From an uncultured Gemmatimonadales bacterium (GTDB taxonomy: Bacteria; Gemmatimonadota; Gemmatimonadetes; Longimicrobiales; RSA9), in contig CAWCRS010000003.1 of NCBI GenBank assembly GCA_963798085.1, forward strand, positions 704,001-768,000: 64,000 nucleotides of DNA, written 5' to 3'. The notes beneath the pieces were generated by a model. It had not been told where the DNA came from, searched no databases, and worked only from the letters and a program-made list of their open reading frames with translations. Position 1 is the stretch's first letter, and the number at the start of each line of letters is the position of its first letter. This document shows, piece after piece, positions 20,688-29,232 of this stretch. Made by a program: the position numbers and the translations under genes.

Positions 20688-22247
20688 AGATGGCGGGCAA
20701 TGGGGGAAGGTCCTCGACATGCAGGGCGGGAAGTCTCAGTTCGAAGCAGCTGCCGCCACCCGGGCGCGGCTGGCAGGTGACATCGCCGCCCTGTGCACGC
20801 GCCAGGCTGCGGGCAATGGCGAGGCCGAGGCCGGCGCCGCCCGTGTCGGGTGTGACGCTGAAGTGCGCGAAGGGCTCGAACACGCGTTCGGTCAGATCGG
20901 CGGGAACGCCGGGCCCGCGGTCCAGTACGCTGATGAGGAGGGCCTCCGCCTGCTGTTCGACGCGCACTTCGACCTGCGATCCCGGCGCTGAGAACTTGAG
21001 TCCGTTCTCGAGCAGATTCACGAGGGCGCGCAGCGTCTGCACGAAGTCGAAGCGGGCGAAGACGGGCTCCGCGGGCAGTTGCGTGGTGATGTCAGCGACC
21101 CGCGGGTGGCCGGCGAGTCGTTCGAGTGCAGCGCCCAGCAGATCGTCCACCGCGTTCAGCTCGGCGTGCACAGGCAGTGCGCCGGCATTGAGGCGGGAGA
21201 GGTCGAGCAGGTCCGTGACCATGCGGTTGAGCCGGTCGGCTTCCAGTTCAATGGTGGCGGCGCGCTCATCGCCCTGGCGGCGGATCTCGTGGGCCAGTGC
21301 CTTGATGGTGGTGAGGGGCGTACGCAAGTCGTGGGACACCGCGGCAATGAGTGCTTCCTTGAGGCGGTCGGCTTCGCCCAGCGCGGCGGCGCGTTCTGCC
21401 TCGCGCTCGAGGCGCAACCGCTCCACGCCGAGCGCGCCGTAGTAGCCCAGGGCTTCGATAACACGACGTTGCGTGTCGTCTGCACGCAGGTTGCTGCTGT
21501 CGGCCAGGCGCAGCACGCCCACCGTGCGGGTCCGCACCTGCAGGGGCATCAGGATGCTGCGGGCGTCGGGCTGGTCGAATGGCGAATCGCTGTGTTCGCC
21601 GGGCCGCACCACATGCATGGTGCCGTCCGCGTGCTGCACGGCCGCGCGTCCCTGCTCCGCCACCCAGGTCAGCAGCTCACCTGCGTGCAGTGTCGCCGGC
21701 GACGTGACGGGCGTCGTCGCCTGCCCCACAATGCGGAAACTGCGCGCGGCCGCATCGTACTCGTAGATCTCGCAACACTGGATATCGAGCATGGTGCGCA
21801 GCACGCGGGCCACCGCGCTGACGGCGTCCTCGGCGCGGGCGGCATTCAGTGTTTCCGCGCCCAGTGTGGCCAGCCGGTCGATCTCCTCCGCCCGGCGGCC
21901 GGCCAGAACGGTTTCGCGCTGCGCGCGGTGCAGCAGCTGCGCGGCGAGCAGTGTGGCAATCAGGAAGGCCGCCAGAACCAGCCAGTCGAGCGGCCGGGCG
22001 AGGACTAACGTGTAGTAAGGCGGCAGCAGGAAGAAGTTGAAACAGAAGAAGCACAGTACGGCCAGTGCGGCGCCGCCTCGGCGGCCGGTGCGCGCGCTGC
22101 CCGCGAGCACAACGAGCAGGTAGGCGAGCGCGAAGTTCGCCTTGTCGAGTGTGTCGCGCAGCAGCACGAGGGCGAGCGTGACCACGGCCACGACGCCGAT
22201 CCAGGGCAGCACGCCGCGCAGGCCGCCCTGTGCGCGGGCGGCGGCAT
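20683..22247 (-). CDS. Short KdpD-like histidine kinase (DUF4118 TM, GAF, intact HisKA and HATPase; no KdpD-N/USP)
   Basis: FNFFLLPPYYTL TM motif; SHDLRTPL, NLLENGLKF, DRGPG, GAGLGL. Likely start is the ATG overlapping the kdpE stop (TGATG), which needs a 1-base correction near 22226. Confidence 0.85.
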
Positions 22248-22942
22248 CAGTCGAGCGCGCGAAACCGGTAGCCAACGCCAGGCTCGGTGAGGATGAGTCG
22301 AGGCCGCACGGGATCCTGTTCGATCTTGCGGCGCAGATTGGCGACGTGCACGCGCAGGTACGCCTGGGCATCGCCCGCGGGCTGGCGCCAGACTTCGCGG
22401 AAGATCTGCTGGTGCGTGAGCGTGCGGCCCGCGTGGCGCAGGAAGGTGCGCAGCAGATCCCACTCGGTGGGTGTCAGGTGGATTTCCTCGCCGTCGCGCG
22501 TGAGTGTGCGCCGGCCGGAGTCGATGCGCAGTCCGTCAATGCCGATTTCGTCGCGCGCAGGCGAGGCGCCCAGTTGTGCGCGGCGCAGTTGCGCACGCAC
22601 CCGGGCGCGCAGCTCGGGAGGACTGAACGGCTTGGTGACGTAGTCGTCGGCGCCGGCATCGAGCAGCTCGATCTTTTCGCGCTCGGAATGACGGGCGGAG
22701 AGCACGATGATGGGTGCGCCGGACCACTTGCGCACTTCGCGGCAGACGCTGGCGCCGGGCGCATCGGGCAGGCCGAGGTCGAGTATGATCAGCGCGGGTC
22801 CTTCGGCGGCGGCGAGGTCGATGCCGGCGCGGGCCGAGTCGGCCTCGAGCACGTGCAGCCCTTCCTCTTCCAGCACGTGGCGCACGACGCGGCGGATCTG
22901 CGGCTCGTCATCAATGACGAGGACCCTGCCGGTTTCCGTCAT
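22247..22942 (-). CDS. kdpE: KdpE response regulator (OmpR family)
   Basis: VLVIDDEPQIRR, ILDLGLPD, GADDYVTKPF, HLTPTEW, YLRVHVANLRRKIE, TEPGVGYRF. Confidence 0.92.
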   Translation of the reverse strand: MTETGRVLVIDDEPQIRRVVRHVLEEEGLHVLEADSARAGIDLAAAEGPALIILDLGLPDAPGASVCREVRKWSGAPIIVLSARHSEREKIELLDAGADDYVTKPFSPPELRARVRAQLRRAQLGASPARDEIGIDGLRIDSGRRTLTRDGEEIHLTPTEWDLLRTFLRHAGRTLTHQQIFREVWRQPAGDAQAYLRVHVANLRRKIEQDPVRPRLILTEPGVGYRFRALD

Positions 22943-23288
22943 GGTCGAACTCCGCTCGGATGAAGCCTGCGCGGGAGATGTTAGCCGGTTCGGGGGTTGC
23001 CGCCAGTCAGGCGGTGGCTCGGCGCGCCGAATCGTGATCTTGCGGCCCCCCTCCACCCGATACATATGTTGAGGAGTCCGGACTGAGTTCCGGCGTCATG
23101 CCCGTGAGGAAGCCCGCCTCCCGGCGTACGGACTGTGCGCAAACTGCGCCCGGTCCGTTTCTTTCCGCGCGACATCGTTCATCCCGAAGTCGGGCTGAGG
23201 CCTGTCCATGGCGGCTTCCCGGTCGAAATGCGTCCGGGATCGCTGGTAGTGGCGGCGCGGTTCCTTCACCGGTGTGGAGGATGGTCCT

Positions 23289-26200
23289 ATGAGTGGCAGG
23301 TGGCGGACGGGGAGCCGCTTCCGGCGGGTCGCGGCGATTTCGCTGGCGGCACTGTCGGTGGTGGTGGCGACGGCACTGTCCGCGATCTCGTGCGCGCAAT
23401 CGGTAACGGACGAGCGCGGCGGACCGGGCCTGCGCATTGTTCCGGATTCAGTCGACCTTTTCCTCGGCGATAATGTTCAGTTAAGCGTTCTCGGGTCCAC
23501 GCAATCCGCAGTCTGGTCGAGCAACAACGCACAGGTCGCCACCGTCGTCGGCAGTACCGGTTACGTGACTGCGGTGGGACCGGGCACCGCGGGCATTACC
23601 GCTGTGGCCGGCTCCGCGTCGGCAACAGCCAGAGTGCGAGTCGATCTGCGGCCAGCGATCGGTTTCTCCAGCCCGGGCGTGGATTTCACCGTCGTGCGCG
23701 GACAGGCGGACCCTCCGCCGCAGACGGTTCACATTGGCAACACGGGTGGCGCCACACTCAGCGCGCTCTCGATTACGGGGATCCAGTACGGCGAGGGGCA
23801 GCCGAGCGGCTGGCTGCAGGCGACACTGACCAGCGCCAATCTGCCCAGCGACCTCGTGCTCACAGCCAGGTCAGCGGGGCTGGATGCCGGCACGTACACG
23901 GCTTCGGTGCGGGTCCAGGCGGGCGCGGCATCCAACTCGCCGCAGAACATCGGCGTCAGGCTAACGATCACCCCCGCGGCCACGATCGAGCTGAGCACGA
24001 CCGACGTGAACTTCTCGGCCGTCGTGAACGGGCCGGATCCCTCGCCACAACAAGTGACGGTGAGCAATGGCACGACAGCAACGACGCTCGACGGGCTGGA
24101 CCGCAGTATTACCTACGGCGCGGGCCAGCCCGCAGGCTGGCTGACGGCGACACTGAGCGGTGCACAGGCTCCGTCGATCCTGCGGCTGCAAGCCGCAGTC
24201 GCGGGGCTTCCGGCCGGCACGTATGCAGCCACCGTGACGCTGCATACGAATCAGGCGGGTGTGGCTGCGCGTTCACTGACCGTTGGTTTGACGGTTTCCA
24301 GCGTGCGAGTCGCCAGCACCGCGATTGCTCCCAAGAGCGTAACGCTCGACCTGGGCGGCACGTTCCAGTTCACGGCGACGGCCCGGGATGGCGCAGGTAA
24401 CACGCTGTCAGGCAGGCAAACGACGTGGACAGCGCGGGATCCGGCCATCGCGCGGGTCGACAGCGGTGGCCTGGTGCGGGCCGTGGCGGCAGGTGTGACG
24501 TTCATCGTGGCCGATGTCGAGGGAGTGCGGGACAGCGCCGAGGTCACGGTGTCCGCCCCGGCACTCACGGTAGCGCCCGCACAGGTCCAGCTTTCGGCGC
24601 AGATGGGCAGTAATCCGCAGCCCGTGACTGCCACGATCGCGAGTGCGGGCAACAGTGTGATCCAGGGATTGCGAGTGGCGGCCATCGCGTATGGTGGCGC
24701 GGCGCAGGGCTGGCTGCTGCCAACGCTCAATGCAGCGACCACGCCGGCGCTGCTCCATCTGTCCGCGAATGTGGCCCAGCTCGCGGCCGGCACGTACACG
24801 GCCTCGCTGACGATCGCCTCGGACCAGCCCGGCGTCACACCGGCCACGCTGAGCGTCAGCCTCGTGCTCACGTCACAGTCCAGCCCACCGCACATTCACG
24901 TGACGAGTGCAGCGCTCGTGTTCAGCGGTGCAGCGGGAGGCACGGATCCTCAGCCACAATCGATCGGGATCAGCAATAGTGGCGGCGGCGCGCTGACGGG
25001 TCTCAGCGTCGACTATGCCGGCAGCAAGCCAGCGTGGCTCGATGCGTCGCTCAGCAGCAGTAATGCGCCGGCGAATCTCACCGTGCAGACGCATGTTACC
25101 GGGTTGGCCGCGGGAAGCTACACGGCCGGCGTGCTCATCTCTTCAGCGCTGGCCGACAATTCGCCGGTGCAGGTGGCGGTGACACTGAACGTGACTGCGG
25201 CAGCGACCACGACACTCTCGGTCACGGGGGGCGGCGCGGGTAACGGCAGTGTTGGTTCGGCGCCGGGCGGCATCAGCTGCACGATCACGGCGGGCGCGGC
25301 GGGCGCGAGTGGCTGCAGCGCAGCCTTCCCCACGGGCACGTCGGTGACCCTGACCGCCACACCCGCAACAGGATTCGACTTCGTCGGCTGGAATGGCGGG
25401 TGCGCGGGGCCGGCGGCCGCATGCGTGGTCACGATGAACAGCAATCAGTCAGTGAGCGCGACGTTCGAGTCGTCGAGCGCGACGTCGTTCCCGGTCACGA
25501 TCGGTGCCAACAGCAGCGATGGCGCAGGCGAGGTCTATAGCACGTCTGGCTCCGGCTTCATCGACTGCTTCTTCCGCGACGGCGGGGGCGCGGGCACGGG
25601 CAACTGCACGGGCGATTTTCCGCGCGGTGACACGGTGGTGCTCACGGTGTATCGCGTGCCCGGATTCGTCGGGAGTCCTGATGACGAGTTCCTGGGCTGG
25701 GGCGGTGATTGCGCGGGAGCGGGCGCGGCGTCGGACTGCAGGCTCGTGATGGATCGCAGCCACAACGTGACGGCGAGATTTCGCGCGGTGTACGGCATCC
25801 ACGTGAAGCGGCCGACGACGCAGCTTGCCGGGCTCACATCCGAGGCGGGCCGGATCGTCTCCGATCCAGCGGGGATCGATTGCACGTTCGTGGAGGACTT
25901 TCTGCACCTTCAGACCAGTGGTACCTGCGACCTGGCAGTGTACAGCCATACGCCCGTCCGGCTCACCATGATCGGCGCGGACACGACAGCGTATGTCGGG
26001 TTGTTCCGCGGCCCAGGCTGCCAGACCGTGGCGAACCCGTGCTCCTTCGTCAGCACGGATGTCGATTTCTATCCGATCTTCGCGCTGACCGACATCACTC
26101 TCTGGCCCGGTGTGACGGTGGGCACGGGCCATGTCACGTCGACGCCCGCGGGTGTGGATTGTATCGTGCCCGGCTTGTGCACATCGCCGCCCTTCAAGCG

Positions 26201-26951
26201 CGGCACGAGCGTGACGCTGATGGCGCAGCCGGACGCGAGCTCATTGTTCATCAGCTGGACCGGCGACTGCACGGGCACGGCGCTGACGTGCACCATGGTG
26301 ATGGACGCGCCCAAGACCGTGAGTGCGAACTTCGGTCCACTCACGCCGCTGATTCATCTTTCCAGCCCATCACTCACGTTCGAGGCGAGGCCGGGCACGG
26401 TGACGGCAGCGCAGATCGTGAACATCACGAACGCGGGCATCGACACGGTGCGCGGTCTCACGGTGACAGTGCCGTCCTGGATCACGGCTTCGCTGAACAG
26501 CACGAAAACGCCGGCCACGCTCACCCTCACCGCCAATGCCGCGGGTCTGCCCAACGGCACGCAGAACGGCACAGTCAGCGTGTCCTCGAGCAACGCGAGC
26601 AATTCGCCGCAGCCGATCCTGGTCCGCTTCGACATCGGCTATTCGTTCTCGCAGGACATTCTCCCGGCACTGGGCGCCACCACATTCAGCGGGTATCCGG
26701 GCGTGGCGGTGGTCGCGTGTGCGAGCTGCCACCGCTCGCCGCCGGTCAATGGTGCGCATTCCGACTTCACCAGTTATGCGGGTGTGCTGACGCAGGTCAG
26801 TCCGGGTGACCCGAACAGCAGCCCGCTGGTCCAGCGGATGGTGCTGCCGGCCGGGTCGGCGGGCGCGATGTCGCCGAGCGGGCAGCGCCATCCCCAGGGC
26901 ATCATCGACATGATCAGGGACTGGATCCTGCAGGGTGCACGGGCCAACTGA
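23289..26951 (+). CDS. Large exported, possibly lipid-anchored protein: Big_2 Ig-like, BACON-like and InlB-B/Flg_new-like repeats plus a C-terminal monoheme cytochrome c domain
   Basis: GGAGG RBS before ATG 23289; signal ending AISC. Repeats of WSSNNAQVATV, GWL...GTYTA and VTLTATP...FVGWNGGC type. CASCH at 26718-26732 is followed by PGDPNSSPL...M...IRDWILQGA. Confidence 0.85.
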   Translation: MSGRWRTGSRFRRVAAISLAALSVVVATALSAISCAQSVTDERGGPGLRIVPDSVDLFLGDNVQLSVLGSTQSAVWSSNNAQVATVVGSTGYVTAVGPGTAGITAVAGSASATARVRVDLRPAIGFSSPGVDFTVVRGQADPPPQTVHIGNTGGATLSALSITGIQYGEGQPSGWLQATLTSANLPSDLVLTARSAGLDAGTYTASVRVQAGAASNSPQNIGVRLTITPAATIELSTTDVNFSAVVNGPDPSPQQVTVSNGTTATTLDGLDRSITYGAGQPAGWLTATLSGAQAPSILRLQAAVAGLPAGTYAATVTLHTNQAGVAARSLTVGLTVSSVRVASTAIAPKSVTLDLGGTFQFTATARDGAGNTLSGRQTTWTARDPAIARVDSGGLVRAVAAGVTFIVADVEGVRDSAEVTVSAPALTVAPAQVQLSAQMGSNPQPVTATIASAGNSVIQGLRVAAIAYGGAAQGWLLPTLNAATTPALLHLSANVAQLAAGTYTASLTIASDQPGVTPATLSVSLVLTSQSSPPHIHVTSAALVFSGAAGGTDPQPQSIGISNSGGGALTGLSVDYAGSKPAWLDASLSSSNAPANLTVQTHVTGLAAGSYTAGVLISSALADNSPVQVAVTLNVTAAATTTLSVTGGGAGNGSVGSAPGGISCTITAGAAGASGCSAAFPTGTSVTLTATPATGFDFVGWNGGCAGPAAACVVTMNSNQSVSATFESSSATSFPVTIGANSSDGAGEVYSTSGSGFIDCFFRDGGGAGTGNCTGDFPRGDTVVLTVYRVPGFVGSPDDEFLGWGGDCAGAGAASDCRLVMDRSHNVTARFRAVYGIHVKRPTTQLAGLTSEAGRIVSDPAGIDCTFVEDFLHLQTSGTCDLAVYSHTPVRLTMIGADTTAYVGLFRGPGCQTVANPCSFVSTDVDFYPIFALTDITLWPGVTVGTGHVTSTPAGVDCIVPGLCTSPPFKRGTSVTLMAQPDASSLFISWTGDCTGTALTCTMVMDAPKTVSANFGPLTPLIHLSSPSLTFEARPGTVTAAQIVNITNAGIDTVRGLTVTVPSWITASLNSTKTPATLTLTANAAGLPNGTQNGTVSVSSSNASNSPQPILVRFDIGYSFSQDILPALGATTFSGYPGVAVVACASCHRSPPVNGAHSDFTSYAGVLTQVSPGDPNSSPLVQRMVLPAGSAGAMSPSGQRHPQGIIDMIRDWILQGARAN

Positions 26952-27017
26952 TGGCTGTACTAACTAACTGTCAGGAATACGCGGTGGCGGCGGGGCGCGA
27001 ATCGTGAGGCGTGCACG

Positions 27018-27707
27018 TCAGCGGCGCAGGAAGATCTCGTCGGCCACGGCCTGGCGGCTGGTGCGATCGGCAATGGACGCTCCGGGATCGAAGACATCGT
27101 GTTTGACAGCCGGGATCGCGGTTCCGGCTGGTGCGGGCGCTTCCGCGGGCGTTGCGGATGCGGCGTCGGCATTGGCGGACGGGACGTCGCCCAGCAGCAG
27201 GTTCTGATCAATGAGACCGGCCAGCTCCTGCATGCGGTCTTCCAGATCCTTGAGTACGGCGCCGGCATAACCGAGCTGTTGTGCCGCAATGTCCTGGAAC
27301 TGCAGTGCACCGATGGCGTGGTGCAGCTCATCGCGGATCTGGCTGGGAATGGCGCCGGCCTCGGCATCCTTCTGTTCGAGCCGGTCGACGTGCCGCAGTG
27401 CGCGGTCGAGTGCATTGAGGATGTTGTTCGCCGCGGTCTCGGTGACGGAGGTGACTTCGGCCAGTTTCGAGTGAGTGCTCTGGATGCGATCCCCGGTAGC
27501 ATGCTCGATCATGGTGCGGCTGCGGTGCAGCGCCTGGTGCATGTTGAGGATTTCGGAGTATGCGCGCTGCAGGACCTTGAGCGAGCCGCCGGCGGTGCTG
27601 GCTTCGTCCGACGCAGCGCCGCCCAGTTCCCGCGCGATTTCGTCGGCCAGTCGCAGGCTGACAGCCGAATCGAGCAGCTTGTCCTCGGGCACATTGCGCT
27701 GGCTCAT
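27018..27707 (-). CDS. cheZ: CheZ-like CheY-P phosphatase
   Basis: LAEVTSVTETAANNIL and LQFQDIAAQQL (DxxxQ catalytic motif); directly follows cheY. Confidence 0.75.
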   Translation of the reverse strand: MSQRNVPEDKLLDSAVSLRLADEIARELGGAASDEASTAGGSLKVLQRAYSEILNMHQALHRSRTMIEHATGDRIQSTHSKLAEVTSVTETAANNILNALDRALRHVDRLEQKDAEAGAIPSQIRDELHHAIGALQFQDIAAQQLGYAGAVLKDLEDRMQELAGLIDQNLLLGDVPSANADAASATPAEAPAPAGTAIPAVKHDVFDPGASIADRTSRQAVADEIFLRR

Positions 27708-27712
27708 GGGGC

Positions 27713-28075
27713 TCAGTTGCCGAAGACCTGGTCCATCTTCTCCTTCAGCACTTCAGGCGTGAAGGGCTTGACCACGTAGTTGTTGACGCCCGCCTGTGCC
27801 GCCTGGAGAATGTCTTCACGCACACTGCGCGTGGTGACCATGATGATCTTGACCGCCGCCGCGTCGGGCCGCGCGCGCAGCGCGCGCACGAGGTCGAGAC
27901 CGCTCATGTTGGGCATGTTCCAGTCCGCCAGCACGCAGGTGACGGACGGGTCGAAGCGTTCCAGGGCTTCCGTGCCGTCGGAGGCTTCGACGTAATCATC
28001 GTACCCCAGGCGTTGCAGGGTGTTGATGATGATGCGCCGCATGGTTGCGGAGTCATCGACGACGAGCACACGCAT
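27713..28075 (-). CDS. cheY: Chemotaxis response regulator CheY
   Basis: Single receiver domain: VVDDSATMRRII, DWNMPNMSG, MVTT, YVVKPFT. Confidence 0.9.
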   Translation of the reverse strand: MRVLVVDDSATMRRIIINTLQRLGYDDYVEASDGTEALERFDPSVTCVLADWNMPNMSGLDLVRALRARPDAAAVKIIMVTTRSVREDILQAAQAGVNNYVVKPFTPEVLKEKMDQVFGN

Positions 28076-28098
28076 GACTGGCCTGTCTGCCCTGAGGG

Positions 28099-28410
28099 TC
28101 AGAGATCGCCGCGCTCCACGATCCGACGCATCACTTCATCGGCGACAGTGCTGCTATCGTGTGCGCGTTCCTGGATGCGACGACGCAGTTCGAGCAGCTG
28201 CTCGCCGGGGAGTGTGCCGCTGGGCACGTCGCTGCCTTCGCTGCCAGCCGCGCGGGCGCGGGCTTCGTCGGAGATTTCGACGCGGTCATCGACTTCGCCG
28301 CGAACCGCATCAGCGGCTGTGTTATCGGCGCGCGCGTCACTGCGCACGGGCCGGGCCGGTGTCAGCGGCCGGGGCTCGACTGGATCGGGACGAAGGTTCT
28401 TGATGTCCAT
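28099..28410 (-). CDS. flgM: Probable anti-sigma28 factor FlgM
   Basis: 103 aa; DRVEISDEAR motif and C-terminal ELRRRI helix; preceded by a sigma28-like promoter and GAGGAGG RBS. Confidence 0.65.
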   Translation of the reverse strand: MDIKNLRPDPVEPRPLTPARPVRSDARADNTAADAVRGEVDDRVEISDEARARAAGSEGSDVPSGTLPGEQLLELRRRIQERAHDSSTVADEVMRRIVERGDL

Positions 28411-28429
28411 GGCTCCTCCTCGGACTCCA

Positions 28430-28456
28430 TCTTCGGCGGCTGTATCCGAATCTGTA
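28430..28456 (-). promoter_or_regulatory. Sigma28 promoter for flgM-cheY-cheZ
   Basis: TACA-N15-GCCGAAGA on the minus strand. Confidence 0.65.
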
Positions 28457-28457
28457 G

Positions 28458-28820
28458 TTACAGGCTGAAATCGACGCGGGCGCCGGTGGGCGTGGCTCCC
28501 GCGTACGACTTGATGGCCGCGCGATTCCCATCGACCTGCTTCGCCGCGGCCAGACTCCGGGCGTGCAGTGCCTCCATGCGGGCGCGCAACCGAACATCGG
28601 CTTCCAGACAGGACTCGATCTGGCGCCGTACTTCGACCGCTTCTTCGGCCGATACTTCGTCTTCGTCCTGCAATGTCATGATGGCCGCGGCGAGGCGGTC
28701 GCGCTCGTCGGCCAGCGATTCGAAGCCTGACTCATCGCCCGCCTCGACGGCGGCCAGCTGGGCCGCGATCAGTGTGGCGTAGCGGCCGTACGCATCGGCA
28801 ATGCGTCGCGGCGCGCGCAT
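28458..28820 (-). CDS. FliT-like helical flagellar chaperone
   Basis: 120-aa helical protein translationally coupled after fliS; assignment mainly from gene order. Confidence 0.5.
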   Translation of the reverse strand: MRAPRRIADAYGRYATLIAAQLAAVEAGDESGFESLADERDRLAAAIMTLQDEDEVSAEEAVEVRRQIESCLEADVRLRARMEALHARSLAAAKQVDGNRAAIKSYAGATPTGARVDFSL

Positions 28821-29221
28821 CAGATGGCGCCTTCTGCGATGGGTGCGCTGGTAGAGCTGGCGGCGCGCTGCCAGGACTCGTGCAGTGAAGCGACGAGTGC
28901 AGTGACGCGTTCCAGCTGCGGGACATCAGGCTTGCGCGCCACGGCGCCGATCTCGCCGAGGAAATACGCGTACAGTGCCGCCAGGCGAGAGGACAGCTCG
29001 CCACCCGCCTGGAAGTCGAGTGAGGACAGCAGCTCGGCGACAATATCGCTCGCCCTGGCCAGACTGTTCAGGCGGCCCTCAATGTCGTTGGCGCGGATCT
29101 GTTCCGCAGCCTGACGCAGCGAGACCAGCAGGTGCTCGTAGAGGAGCACGACCAGCTGCTGCGGATTGCTGCTCATCACGCGGGACTGCCGGTATGCTGC
29201 GACGCCGGTCGGGTTCTTCAT
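28820..29221 (-). CDS. fliS: Flagellin chaperone FliS
   Basis: AAYRQSRVMSSNPQQLVVLLYE, SLDFQAGGELSSRLAALYAY, LHESW; GGAGG RBS. Confidence 0.93.
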   Translation of the reverse strand: MKNPTGVAAYRQSRVMSSNPQQLVVLLYEHLLVSLRQAAEQIRANDIEGRLNSLARASDIVAELLSSLDFQAGGELSSRLAALYAYFLGEIGAVARKPDVPQLERVTALVASLHESWQRAASSTSAPIAEGAI

Positions 29222-29232
29222 GGCTCGCCTCC

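Noticed and set aside
22248..22371. ORF-track start of the short kinase
   Set aside because: Overlaps kdpE by over 120 bp and translates as off-frame sequence; the start at the kdpE stop is more plausible.
23007..23250. Small ORF between kdpE and the large surface protein
   Set aside because: No motif or convincing RBS; more likely a divergent promoter region.
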